A stretch of DNA of 64,000 nt from Thermoanaerobaculia bacterium. GTDB lineage: Bacteria > Acidobacteriota > Thermoanaerobaculia > Gp7-AA8. The notes under the pieces are model-generated. The model was not told the DNA's origin and made no database searches. It worked only from the letters and a program-made list of their open reading frames with translations. The position numbers were made by a program, and so were the translations under genes. The stretch is from the NCBI GenBank assembly GCA_038230535.1, contig JBBRNB010000019.1, positions 2,165-66,164 of the forward strand, given 5' to 3'. This document shows positions 29,245 to 39,050 of the stretch, in pieces (positions within the stretch are counted from its first letter, which is position 1; each line of letters starts with the position of its first letter).

Positions 29245-31391
29245 CACGGCTTCGCATACATGCGATCGCAGCGGTGGCGGCGCTTCTGACGTTGCCGGCG
29301 ATCGCCCAGGTTTCCGACTATCACGACATCAAGACCCCGCCTCTGCATCAGATTCAATTGCCACAGCCGAAACGCGTTCAGCTTGCGAACGGCCTGGTGA
29401 TTTTTCTGATGGAGGATCACGAACTGCCGCTGATCCGCGGAGGCGCACGGATACGCGGGGGCGGCCGCGACATCGCTGCGGACAAGTCCGGCCTGGCGGC
29501 CATTTACGCCACCGTGTGGCGCACCGGCGGCACGGAGTCGAAGACCGGCGATGCGCTCGACGATTTCCTCGAGTCACGAGCGGCGCGAGTGGAGTCGGTT
29601 CCGGGCGAGGACTTCACAAACCTCAATTTGAGCGTGCTCAAGGGTGACTTCGACACGGTCTTCCCGATCTTCGCCGACGTGCTGGAGCACCCGGCGTTTC
29701 GCCAGGACAAGCTCGATCTGTCCAAGACCCAAGCCATCACGGTCATCTCCCGCCGTAATGATGACGCTATGGGTGTCGCGGACCGCGAGATGCTGAAACT
29801 CGGTTTCGGCGAAGGCTCGCCCTATGCGCGCCGCTCCGAGTACGCGACCGTCAACTCGATCACCCGCGATGACCTTCTCGCATTCCACAAGAAGTATGTC
29901 CATCCGAACAACATCATCCTCAGCTTCACAGGCGATTTCGACTCCGCGGCCATGGAGCAGAAGTTGCGCGCCGCGCTCGGGTCGTGGCCCAAGGGTGAGC
30001 AGGTGCCTACAGCGGCGCCAGCAATTGGCGGCACGCAGGCCAAGCCTGGTGTCTATTTCGTAGCCAAAGACGACGTGACGCAGAGCAACATTTACGTTGT
30101 TCACGGCAACACCGGTGTGCTGCGCAACAGCCCTGACTTCTATCCGATCGCGGTGATGAACGAGATCCTCAGCGGAGGGTTCTCGGGACGCCTGATGAAT
30201 GACATCCGCACGCAGCGTGGCCTTGCTTACGGAGTCGGTGGCGGCGTCGATGCCGCGTATGACCGCCCGGGTCTCTTCCACATCTGGATGGGAACCAAGA
30301 GCGGGTCGACTGTCGAAGCGGTCAACGCGTTGCGCACTGACCTGGCCGATCTGGGAACGAAGCCGTTCACCGCCGAGGAGTTGCAGCAGGCCAAGGAGTC
30401 GATCCTCAACGCCTATGTCTTCACCGCGGACACCAAGGCGAAGGTCCTGACGCAACGGGTGAACCTCGAGTTCTATGGCTACCCTGCTGACTACTACCAG
30501 CAGTATCCAGCCAGACTGCAGGCCGTCACTACCGACGACGTCGCGCGTGTAGCAAAGAAGTACGTCCAGCCGAATCAGGTGTCGGTGCTCGTGGTCGGCA
30601 GAGAGAAGGATTTCGACAAGCCTCTCTCAACCCTCGGCGCGGTGACTCCGATCGACATCACCATCCCCGAAGGGAATGCAAAGCCGGCCGCGGCCGGTGC
30701 AGCCGCGGCAGCGCCGTCGATGCCGGCATCCAGCAGCCCCGAAGGACTTGCGCTGGTGAAGAAAGTGCAGGACTTCGTTGGCGGCAAGACGAAAATCGAC
30801 GCCGTCGAGGCAACTCACAGCGTCGGCTCGATGCAGGCGCAGACGCCGCAGGGACCGATGGAGCTCGAAGTCGACAGCCTGGTGAAATACCCCGACTCGA
30901 GCCGCCGCGTCATGAAGATGCCGATGGGCGAGATAACGATTGTGGCCACGCCTGATGCGGCATTCATGAGCGGACCGATGGGCCAGCAGGACTTGCCTGG
31001 CTCGCAGCGCGATGCTGCACGCAACGAGTCGCGCGCCGACCTCATCAACGTGCTCAAGAATGTCAACAACCCCAAGTACACGTTCTCGGTTGGCGGTACA
31101 GAGAAAGTAAGCGGCGTCGATGCGCAGGCTCTGTTGATCAACGCCGACGGCACGTCTTTCAAGTGGCTTGTCGATCCGGCTTCCGGAAAGGTCGTGCGGA
31201 AAGTCTCGCAGTCTCCACGAGGCGAAGCCGTGACCGACTACACCGACTGGAAGGCCTTCTCCGGTATCACGCTGCCAACCGGCTTCTCGACCTCAACGGG
31301 CGGCCAGCCGAGCGGAAGCGGCAAGATGAGCACGATAGAGATCAACCCGACAGTCGATCCAAAGGTCTTCGAGAAACCCGCAGCGAAGTAG
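29241..31391 (+). CDS. M16 family peptidase-like protein (non-catalytic partner type) with a ~250-aa C-terminal extension
   Basis: The M16 fold lacks the HxxEH motif and carries a signal peptide. Its start overlaps the upstream stop (ATGA). The C-terminal extension may be a beta-rich domain. Confidence 0.75.
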   Translation: MTRLRIHAIAAVAALLTLPAIAQVSDYHDIKTPPLHQIQLPQPKRVQLANGLVIFLMEDHELPLIRGGARIRGGGRDIAADKSGLAAIYATVWRTGGTESKTGDALDDFLESRAARVESVPGEDFTNLNLSVLKGDFDTVFPIFADVLEHPAFRQDKLDLSKTQAITVISRRNDDAMGVADREMLKLGFGEGSPYARRSEYATVNSITRDDLLAFHKKYVHPNNIILSFTGDFDSAAMEQKLRAALGSWPKGEQVPTAAPAIGGTQAKPGVYFVAKDDVTQSNIYVVHGNTGVLRNSPDFYPIAVMNEILSGGFSGRLMNDIRTQRGLAYGVGGGVDAAYDRPGLFHIWMGTKSGSTVEAVNALRTDLADLGTKPFTAEELQQAKESILNAYVFTADTKAKVLTQRVNLEFYGYPADYYQQYPARLQAVTTDDVARVAKKYVQPNQVSVLVVGREKDFDKPLSTLGAVTPIDITIPEGNAKPAAAGAAAAAPSMPASSSPEGLALVKKVQDFVGGKTKIDAVEATHSVGSMQAQTPQGPMELEVDSLVKYPDSSRRVMKMPMGEITIVATPDAAFMSGPMGQQDLPGSQRDAARNESRADLINVLKNVNNPKYTFSVGGTEKVSGVDAQALLINADGTSFKWLVDPASGKVVRKVSQSPRGEAVTDYTDWKAFSGITLPTGFSTSTGGQPSGSGKMSTIEINPTVDPKVFEKPAAK

Positions 31392-31421
31392 GTAGTGTCG
31401 CTGAAAAAGTCCAGTGTAGGG

Positions 31422-31451
31422 CCGCCGCCTCGGCGGCCCTTTTCTTGTTTG
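31422..31451 (+). terminator. Rho-independent terminator (GGGCCGCCGcctcGGCGGCCC + TTTTCTTGTTT); single-module REP-family copy
   Basis: GC-rich 9-bp stem and a T-tract immediately after the M16 stop. Confidence 0.8.
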
Positions 31452-31510
31452 CACGCCGGCCCATGATCTGCCATCAGATTCAAGAATGAAGAGACCCAGG
31501 CAACCCACCC

Positions 31511-32929
31511 TCAGAACACTCGCCTGAGTGCCGACTGCGCGGCCCAGTAGCCACACATCCCGTGTACTCCACCGCCGGGGGGCGTGGAGCTGGAGGCGAT
31601 GTAGATGCGCTTGTTGGGCGTCGAGTATGGATCGCGGCGAAGAAATGGCCGCGCCAGGACTTGCCGGAGCGTGTTGGCGCCGCCGGCGATGTCGCCGCCG
31701 ATGAAGTTGGCGTTGTACGACTCATACGCGGAGGTATTGATGGTGTGGCGTGCCAGGATACGTTCCCGGAATCCTGGTGCGAAGCGTTCGATCTGTTGCT
31801 CGATGGCGCCGGTCATGTCTTCGGTCGATCCGTGCGGCACGTGGCAATAAGCCCAACCGGTCTGCTGTCCCCGAGGTGCACGCGTGTCGTCGAAGAGGCT
31901 CTGCTGCGCGACGAGCACGAATGGCCGATCGGTAGCTCGCCCCTGCCAGATGGCCGCTTCATGATTCGCGATCTCCTCGATCGTGCCCCCCACGTGGACA
32001 GTCGCTGAGTGCTTGCACTCTTCGGCGCGCCAGGGGATCGGTCCGTCGAGAGCCCAGTCGATCTTGAAGACGCCAGGACCGTAACGGAACCGGCGCAGGC
32101 GGTTCACATACGACGGAGGCACGGCATCGCCGGCGATCACAGCCAGCTGTCGCGGTGTGACGTCGAAGAGTACGGCCCGCGACGGAGGCACGCCGGCCAT
32201 CGATCGGACGGGAGTGGACGTTCGGATCGTTCCGCCCAGCGAACGGAAGAAGCTCGTCAGTGCGTTGATGATGGCAACGGAGCCCCCCTTTGCGCACGGC
32301 CAGCCGACGGCGTGACCGGCCACCGCGAGGACGAGTCCGAACGAGCCGGACCCGGCAGCGTCGAGCGGCAGGAAGGAGTGCGCCGCGCAACCGCCGAGGA
32401 GAGCACGCACAGCATCCCCTCGGAAGCGTTTGGTCAGGGACAGTCCGGAGCGAATCCCGTCCAGTCCGAAGCGGGCCAGGAGAAAGGGATGCCGCGGAAC
32501 GAGCCGGAGAGGGCGGAGGATCTCGTCGAACAACGCCGAGGCATTGCTCGCCAGGGGCTGCATCAAGTGCCGGTACGCATCGCCGTCGCCGCCGAAGCGC
32601 AGTGCCGTCTTCTCCAACGATAGCTCCAGCACCGCAGCGGAACCGTCGTCGAGCGGATGCGTGATCGCATAGGGCGATTCCCTCCACTCGAGTCCATGCG
32701 AGGCAAGCGGCAACGATTGGAAGAACGGCGAGACCACGGCCATCGGGTGGATGGCTGAGCAGACATCGTGATGAAAGCCCGGAAGCGTCAGCTCTTCGGT
32801 CCGCGCACCGCCGCCGGCCGTCGCCTGCGCCTCGAGTACGAGGACGGAGAGGCCTTTCTGCACGAGGGCAATGGCCGCTGCCAGCCCATTCGGCCCCGCA
32901 CCAACCACGACGGCATCGAATTCAGTCAC
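31511..32929 (-). CDS. FAD-dependent oxidoreductase (phytoene desaturase/amine-oxidase-like family)
   Basis: N-terminal DAVVVGAGPNGLAAAIAL dinucleotide-binding motif, 472 aa. GTG start. Confidence 0.75.
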   Translation of the reverse strand: MTEFDAVVVGAGPNGLAAAIALVQKGLSVLVLEAQATAGGGARTEELTLPGFHHDVCSAIHPMAVVSPFFQSLPLASHGLEWRESPYAITHPLDDGSAAVLELSLEKTALRFGGDGDAYRHLMQPLASNASALFDEILRPLRLVPRHPFLLARFGLDGIRSGLSLTKRFRGDAVRALLGGCAAHSFLPLDAAGSGSFGLVLAVAGHAVGWPCAKGGSVAIINALTSFFRSLGGTIRTSTPVRSMAGVPPSRAVLFDVTPRQLAVIAGDAVPPSYVNRLRRFRYGPGVFKIDWALDGPIPWRAEECKHSATVHVGGTIEEIANHEAAIWQGRATDRPFVLVAQQSLFDDTRAPRGQQTGWAYCHVPHGSTEDMTGAIEQQIERFAPGFRERILARHTINTSAYESYNANFIGGDIAGGANTLRQVLARPFLRRDPYSTPNKRIYIASSSTPPGGGVHGMCGYWAAQSALRRVF

Positions 32930-33230
32930 GAGTCAATAGTCTTGCACGCCCGCGACAATTTGACAGAGTCTCCCGCGATCCTCCCTCCGCAGAGAGAAGA
33001 GGTGTACCAGCGATCGGCGGTCCGCACGTGGGATTCGGAGGTGCGCACGTGCGTATCGCCAAAACACAAGCGTTTCGGCCCCTCGCACGGACGACCTCCG
33101 AAGGGAGGTGTCATATCCCTCGGTTGTCTGCTGACGTCTGATGCTAATCCCCAACTGTCCCGTTCCCGTTCTCCCTACCTCGGCAGGAAACTCACAGCGG
33201 AGTGATGCACTCCAAATTACACTGCGGCGA

Positions 33231-34514
33231 ATGCCCAGTCTGACTGACGAATCTGCACAATCGCGCCGCATCGCCGCGATCGCCCTCGGCAAGCGTGGCG
33301 GTGACGGCGCGGTAGCGGCGTTGAGTACAGCTCTGGCCCGCGAAGAGATTGGATGGGTAAGGCCGTCGATGATCCTCGCGCTCGGCAAGATCGGCGGTGA
33401 CGAGGCGCGCGCGGCTCTGGCAGGGATCGAGCCGCGTTCCGATGCCGAGGCCGAGGCGTTGCGGAAAGCGCGAGACCGGGTCAGCGGGCCGGCAACAGGA
33501 TTCTCCTGGCACGACGAGCCGAGCAGGGAACGCATCTTCGCCGCCGTTCCGATTGGACTCGAAGATGTCGCGGTCGCCGAGGCGCGCGAGCGCGGTGTAA
33601 CAGCCGCGTCCGTTCGGTCAGGGATGATCGTCATGCCGGCACGGCCGCCCGCGCTTCGCTGCGTTTACGACATCCGCTACCGCATCGCTGAGGGACCGGC
33701 CGGCGCCTATGCGGAGACGATGCGCCGCGCCGTGGTTCGCTGGCGCAAGTGGATTCACAGCGAGTCGGATACGCTTCCCTACCGCTTCTCGCTGGAGAAT
33801 GTACGGGTCGCGAAGCAGGAGTTCAACGACCTGCTGCGTTTGACCCGCGAGACGCTCTCGCCCCAAGGCCTGGTGGACTCGCCATCCAGCTATGCGGCGA
33901 TGCTTCGGGTAGAGGCGGATATCGATGCCACGCGGATATGGCTCGTACCGACGTTCGAGGCAGATACCCGTTTCGCCTACCGAGTCTCCGATGTCGGCGC
34001 GTCGATCAATCCGGTGGTGGCTGCATGCATGGCGCGGCTCGTTCGCCGCGTGGACGGCGGTTTTGTCGTCGATCCGACATGCGGAAGCGGAACGCTGCTC
34101 GTCGAACGGGCGCGGCTCGATGCCGGTGCGATGCTCGCGGGTATCGACATCAGCCCGACGGCGGTCCGCGCGGCCACGGGCAACGTCATCGCCGCCGGTC
34201 TGGCCGCGCGCATCGCTGTGCGCCAGGGCGACGGAGGCGATCCGTCCGCGTGGCCGGATCGATGCGACGAAGTGCTGGCCAATCTGCCATTCGGCCTGCG
34301 CACCGAGGATCGCAACCTCGACGGTCTCTACCGTCGCGTCGTCGGCAACATCGTGCGAACCCTGGCTCCGGGCGGCCGCGCGCTGTTGTACACAGCACAC
34401 GCGAAAACGCTCGTCGCTCTCTTGCGCCGCACGAAGAATCTCGAGGTCGTCGAGGAGCGCGCGGTCGAAAGCGGTGGCCTGCAGGTCGGGGTGTGGCTTC
34501 TGGAGAAGCGATGA
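33231..34514 (+). CDS. HEAT-repeat + THUMP-like + SAM-dependent RNA (guanine-N2)/N6-adenine methyltransferase-like protein
   Basis: N-terminal PBS-lyase HEAT-like repeats (AAIALGKRGGDGAVAAL...ILALGKIGGDEARAAL) and a C-terminal VVDPTCGSGTLLVE SAM motif (RlmL/UPF0020-like). The start may instead be 33141. Confidence 0.6.
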   Translation: MPSLTDESAQSRRIAAIALGKRGGDGAVAALSTALAREEIGWVRPSMILALGKIGGDEARAALAGIEPRSDAEAEALRKARDRVSGPATGFSWHDEPSRERIFAAVPIGLEDVAVAEARERGVTAASVRSGMIVMPARPPALRCVYDIRYRIAEGPAGAYAETMRRAVVRWRKWIHSESDTLPYRFSLENVRVAKQEFNDLLRLTRETLSPQGLVDSPSSYAAMLRVEADIDATRIWLVPTFEADTRFAYRVSDVGASINPVVAACMARLVRRVDGGFVVDPTCGSGTLLVERARLDAGAMLAGIDISPTAVRAATGNVIAAGLAARIAVRQGDGGDPSAWPDRCDEVLANLPFGLRTEDRNLDGLYRRVVGNIVRTLAPGGRALLYTAHAKTLVALLRRTKNLEVVEERAVESGGLQVGVWLLEKR

Positions 34515-35083
34515 CGTTGGACGACGCTCTGCGCCGCCGGCTGGAATCGTTCCTCCGTCCGCTCTATCAGGATCTCGACGGCGCCTCACGCTTCGACGAG
34601 ATCGAGCGTGTCGCCACGATCGCGCGACTACTGTTTGTCCCGCTGCACGGCATCGACGTCAGGGCATTCGAGCTGCTCCTCCTCTTCCACGGCCTTGGCC
34701 GCTGGCTGGAAAAGGTCGGCAATCTCTCTCGCGCGGTGCTGACGCTGGGCCTTACCGAGGGCGAATTGCGAAAGACGGCAGCCTCCATCCGCAGGCTCGA
34801 GGAACCGGTGACCGATGCGGAACGCGCGGTAGCCGCGGCGCTTCTGATCGACTCAGCGGGAGTTCGCGGCCTGGCCGAACGCCTGTCGCGCGCGCGGCGC
34901 GAAGGAAGCACGGTGATGGATGTGGTAGGGCTCGCGATCGCCGAGATGGCCGTGCCGGAGTGGTTCCCTTCCTCAGCACGGCCCTTGCTCGATTCGCGCT
35001 TCGAGACGCGGCGGATGTTCTGCCGCGCCATTCTCGACGAAATCTCGATCAGCGATGTATCGGCTGTACCGCTTACCGGTTAG
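34511..35083 (+). CDS. Hypothetical protein, translationally coupled (ATGA) to the upstream methyltransferase
   Basis: High GC3 ~190-aa frame embedded in the listed read-through ORF 33749..35083. No recognised domain. Confidence 0.45.
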   Translation: MTLDDALRRRLESFLRPLYQDLDGASRFDEIERVATIARLLFVPLHGIDVRAFELLLLFHGLGRWLEKVGNLSRAVLTLGLTEGELRKTAASIRRLEEPVTDAERAVAAALLIDSAGVRGLAERLSRARREGSTVMDVVGLAIAEMAVPEWFPSSARPLLDSRFETRRMFCRAILDEISISDVSAVPLTG

Positions 35084-35085
35084 CT

Positions 35086-37008
35086 TCACGTGCGCAGTAC
35101 GCCGGCACGCTCGAACACCTTCGCCTCGATGAAGATGGTTACCAGCGCCGCGTCCAGCAGACCGTCGCCGACCTCCATCTCGAGGATGTCGAGTGCGCGC
35201 TCGGTAGAGATGGCTCGTTTGTACGGGCGGTCGTTCGCGGTCAAAGCGTCGTAAATATCGGAGACGGTCATCATCCGCGACTGGATGGGGATCTCCGCCG
35301 CTGTCAGCCTGCGCGGATAGCCGCGGCCGTTGAGCTTCTCGTGATGGGCGTAGGCGATCTCGGCCACCGCCGCCAGATCCTTGGTCCAGGGGATCTTCTG
35401 GAGGAAGTTGAAAGTGTGCGTGACGTGGCTCTCGATCTCGCTCCGTTCGGTGGCGTCGAGGTTTCCCTTTCGAATCGAGAGGATGCGCACCTCCTCCGGG
35501 TTCAATAGTCGCCGCCGTTCGCCACGCATGTCACCGAACTCCTGCTCAGCCAATTGCTGGAGATACTGAAACTCCCCTTCCGGCAATACCGTTGGCTCAT
35601 TCGACTTGGTGATGAACGCGAAGTCTTTCTGCATGCGCGCGAGTTGCTCGCGCAGAGCCTCGTCGGTTCGCGTGCCGAAATCGGCGAAGGCCTCGCGCCC
35701 GTGCTCGAGGAGGTACTCGAGCTTGCGCCTGTTCGCCTCATTCTCGGCGGTCTTCATGGCGAACTCGAACCGGTTGCGAAGTGTTTCTAGCTGCAGTGGA
35801 TAGAGTTTCTTCTCTTTCACCAGCACCTGTTCGCGAACGCCGACTTTGCCGAAGTCGTGAAGCAGCGAGGCGTACCGGATCTCGCGCACCTGTTCAGAGC
35901 TGAAATGAACGTCGCGGTAGCGCTCATCGTCGCGATCGACGACGCGCGCAAGCTCGACAGTGAGGTCAGCCACGCGGAAGGAGTGACCGGAAGTGGTCGG
36001 ATCCCGCTGCTCGATGGCGGTGACCGCGGCCGTGACGAACCCTTCGAACAGGCGCTCGATCGATTTGTAGAGCAGGTTGTTCTCGACCGCGACGGCAGCC
36101 TGTGCCGCGAGAGAGCGCATCAATTCGACAGTCTCGTGGCCGAACGGAACCACCTCCGACGGCACAGTGGCCGCGGTCAGCTTCAACGGCGCTCCCGGCT
36201 TTTTGCGGTTGATGAGTTGCAGGACGCCGGCGAGCTCGCCCACATGGGTGACCATCGGGAAGACCAGTATCGATCGGGTCAGGTAACCGTTCTTCTCATC
36301 AAAGGAACGGTTGATCGAGTACTCGGCGTCGTCCGGGAGCGCGTATGCGTCGTCGATGACGAGCGTATCGCCGGTCAGAGCCACCCATCCGGCCAGACTG
36401 CGGCGGGTGATCGGCAGCACCATCTCCTCGAACGCCTCGACTTTGATCGAGTCGTTCTGCGCCAGTTTCCAGCGCAGCATCTTCTCACCGTTCACTTCAT
36501 CGAGGAGGTAGAGCGACCCGGCATCAGCGCGCGACAGCTCGCGTGCTTTGCTGAGGATCGTCGTCAGCAGAACGGAGTGGTCGCGCTCGGTGGAGAGCGC
36601 GATTCCCACCTCGCCCAGCTCGCGCAGCTCCCGAGTCCGCTCGCCGAGTTGACGCTCCAGCTGGCCGGCGCGCAGCTTCTGATAAAGCGACTGCCATGCG
36701 CGCTTGACGGCCCCCATCAACGAGGGCGGCGACGGGTTCGCCGGCAGGTCGAGGTAGATGCTGTCGCTCGTCAGCCACTTCGGTTCTTCATCCAATCCGA
36801 TGCCGACGATGGCGGTGCGTCCGTCGAACGACGATGGCCGCCCGTTGTTGATGGCCGGATCGAGCAGAATCACACGGAGTGCGCCGGCTTCGGGAGTGAG
36901 CTCGTCAAGGCTGGCCAGAGTCATCGGGGCGATAGACTCACGCCGCAGGACGTCGGCATAGCGGCCGATCGGAAAGCTCTCGGAATGGATCAGCGTCAGC
37001 GTCTGCAT
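35086..37008 (-). CDS. GAF domain + HD-GYP domain protein (predicted c-di-GMP phosphodiesterase/signalling protein)
   Basis: HDFGK ... HHEKLNGRGYP (HD-GYP signature), with a central GAF domain. 640 aa. Confidence 0.8.
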   Translation of the reverse strand: MQTLTLIHSESFPIGRYADVLRRESIAPMTLASLDELTPEAGALRVILLDPAINNGRPSSFDGRTAIVGIGLDEEPKWLTSDSIYLDLPANPSPPSLMGAVKRAWQSLYQKLRAGQLERQLGERTRELRELGEVGIALSTERDHSVLLTTILSKARELSRADAGSLYLLDEVNGEKMLRWKLAQNDSIKVEAFEEMVLPITRRSLAGWVALTGDTLVIDDAYALPDDAEYSINRSFDEKNGYLTRSILVFPMVTHVGELAGVLQLINRKKPGAPLKLTAATVPSEVVPFGHETVELMRSLAAQAAVAVENNLLYKSIERLFEGFVTAAVTAIEQRDPTTSGHSFRVADLTVELARVVDRDDERYRDVHFSSEQVREIRYASLLHDFGKVGVREQVLVKEKKLYPLQLETLRNRFEFAMKTAENEANRRKLEYLLEHGREAFADFGTRTDEALREQLARMQKDFAFITKSNEPTVLPEGEFQYLQQLAEQEFGDMRGERRRLLNPEEVRILSIRKGNLDATERSEIESHVTHTFNFLQKIPWTKDLAAVAEIAYAHHEKLNGRGYPRRLTAAEIPIQSRMMTVSDIYDALTANDRPYKRAISTERALDILEMEVGDGLLDAALVTIFIEAKVFERAGVLRT

Positions 37009-37184
37009 CGAAGTGCCGGCTTAGGCTGCAACCGGGGGGGTCCCATCGATCTTCCATGCGGCCGCGGAACCGCTTACAATCCGCCGCGCCGCCGACGGAT
37101 TATGGCACCGATCCGGCGAGAATGTTGCTGAGTCAACGGGCGTTGCGTACTGTCGACCGCGTTCGTGGTTTCTCAGGAGGATCA

Positions 37185-38441
37185 TTGGCAGCCTACACGA
37201 CGGAGACGATCACACAGAAGCATCACGACGCCCTGGTGGGGTGGCAGAAAAAGAACTTTCCCGAGTTCGAGTTTCTGCAGACAAACTGGTCGAAGTACTA
37301 CAACCAGACGCCGTTCCAGCTCTTCGCCAAAGTCGGCAAGCTGGCATCGGAGAACATCACGTACGGGCGCATGACCGGTCAGCTTCGCTTCGAACAGGCC
37401 GGGGACATGGTCGGCAACATGTTCTACACGGCGCGCGACATCATCCGCGCTCAGGCATCCACAGAGCTCGGCTCGATCCAGCAGCATCGCCTGACGCTCG
37501 AGGATGCGCCATCCGATCAGATGAAGATGGCCGTGCTCCGGATCATGGCCGAGGAGCTGCGGCACGGGTATCAGATGTTCTGGGTGTTCGACCACGACCC
37601 TAGCTGGAAGAAGCCGGGCCATCCCGACGTGGCCCAGGACACGATCGACGAGCTGCTGGCGATGGAGCTGGGAAGCCACGTTCTCGATGCGTTCAACATC
37701 CCGTTCGTGAACTTCCTCGACAACGTCGTCTTCGCCACGGTGATCGATCTGGTCGGCAAGTATCAGCTCGAGATGCAGCGGGTTTTCTCGTATGCGCCGA
37801 TGGCGCGGTCGATGGGACCGATGCTCTCCGAAGAGGGCTTCCATATCGGCAGCGGCCGTGGTTTTCTGCGCGATCTCGCGGTGGCAGCGCACAACGATAC
37901 GGGCCGGTACTCGATCGCGGAGATTCAGCGCGTGTTGAATGTCTGGGTTCCGCGCGGGGTGGAGATGTTCGGCAACGAGCGCGGCGGCGATACCGCAATT
38001 GCCTTCGGTTTCAAGGACCGCAACAACGCCACCGCCCAGAGCGAGTACTACAACGAGGTACGCGAGGTGCTGGAGCAGGCGAATGTCGCCGTGGTCCAGG
38101 CGAAAGTGAAGGACACTCCCGCCCCCGAGGCCCGGACCATCGTTCGGGAGGTACAGGACACGCGCGAAACGATCAGCGGCGTGGCGCCGGAGGATCTGCT
38201 CTTCGCGCCCGACGTGAAGTTCTTCCGCTCCCGAGGGATGGAAGAGATCGCCTTCATGCCCTACGGCGTCGACGGCGAGATGATCACCGAGAACGGGAAG
38301 CCGGCCAGTGGCGAGAAGTACCTGGAGTACCTGAAGAAGGTCCTCCCCGATTACTACATGGCCGGCCGCGAGTTCGCAAAGTATCGCGAAGCACTACTGG
38401 GACGCGATGCTCCGTCGCCCGGGCGAAGTTACGGTTGGTAG
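37185..38441 (+). CDS. Ferritin-like di-iron oxygenase family protein (PaaA/BoxB-like, phenylacetate/benzoyl-CoA oxygenase family)
   Basis: EELRHGYQMF-type di-iron ligand region, ~420-460 aa. TTG start 5 nt after an AGGAGGA RBS; the alternative ATG is at 37122. The family assignment is tentative. Confidence 0.45.
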   Translation: MAAYTTETITQKHHDALVGWQKKNFPEFEFLQTNWSKYYNQTPFQLFAKVGKLASENITYGRMTGQLRFEQAGDMVGNMFYTARDIIRAQASTELGSIQQHRLTLEDAPSDQMKMAVLRIMAEELRHGYQMFWVFDHDPSWKKPGHPDVAQDTIDELLAMELGSHVLDAFNIPFVNFLDNVVFATVIDLVGKYQLEMQRVFSYAPMARSMGPMLSEEGFHIGSGRGFLRDLAVAAHNDTGRYSIAEIQRVLNVWVPRGVEMFGNERGGDTAIAFGFKDRNNATAQSEYYNEVREVLEQANVAVVQAKVKDTPAPEARTIVREVQDTRETISGVAPEDLLFAPDVKFFRSRGMEEIAFMPYGVDGEMITENGKPASGEKYLEYLKKVLPDYYMAGREFAKYREALLGRDAPSPGRSYGW

Positions 38442-38624
38442 TGGTTGCGAGGTCGCGGGGTTCCGTGGTCTCGTGGTGGTTGCTGAGTTGCTCAGCTTCC
38501 GGTTGCGGCATCACTCACAACTCAGCAACGGGCAACCCAGAGACCCGCAACCCCGGGGACCGCGCGATTGTTTTCAAACTTGAAACTTGCGATTAGTGAG
38601 CGTTGGCGGCTACCCTTCGCGCGC

Positions 38625-39050
38625 ATGCTCCGTAAGCTCATCCCGCTCGCACTTCTCCTTCTGGTTGCATGCGGCAAACTGAAGGAACCGACTGACCCCG
38701 GCATTGGCGGTGGCGACCCGATCGATCCGACAGCGACGTTCACTCGCGTACAGAACGAGGTCTTTACACCGACCTGCGCGCAACTCGGCTGTCATGACCC
38801 GTTGGGCCGGCAGGAGAGTCTCATCCTCTCGCCGGGCCGCGGCTATGCAATGATCGTCGGAGTCGCCAGCGTCGAAATGCCGCAGCTCTCACGCGTGACG
38901 CCGAGTGACCCGACGAGCTCGTATCTCTATCGTAAGATCACCGGATCCGGAATCACCGGTGACCGGATGCCGCAGGGCGGTCCGTTCCTCAATGACGCGC
39001 AGATCAAACTGGTGCGCGATTGGATCCGCCGAGGTGCACCAAATGACTGA
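38625..39050 (+). CDS. Hypothetical lipoprotein (possible cytochrome-c-like CxxxxCH motif)
   Basis: MLRKLIPLALLLLVAC lipobox and a TPTCAQLGCH motif. Confidence 0.45.
   Translation: MLRKLIPLALLLLVACGKLKEPTDPGIGGGDPIDPTATFTRVQNEVFTPTCAQLGCHDPLGRQESLILSPGRGYAMIVGVASVEMPQLSRVTPSDPTSSYLYRKITGSGITGDRMPQGGPFLNDAQIKLVRDWIRRGAPND

Noticed and set aside
33618-35508. ORFs 33618..34589 (-), 33749..35083 (+, 444 aa) and 33925..35508 (+, 527 aa)
   Set aside because: Alternative-frame read-throughs over the methyltransferase and HD-GYP genes with Arg/Ala/Pro-rich products. Only the 34511..35083 part of the second has good codon bias.
35857-37131. 424-aa + ORF
   Set aside because: Antisense to the GAF/HD-GYP gene.
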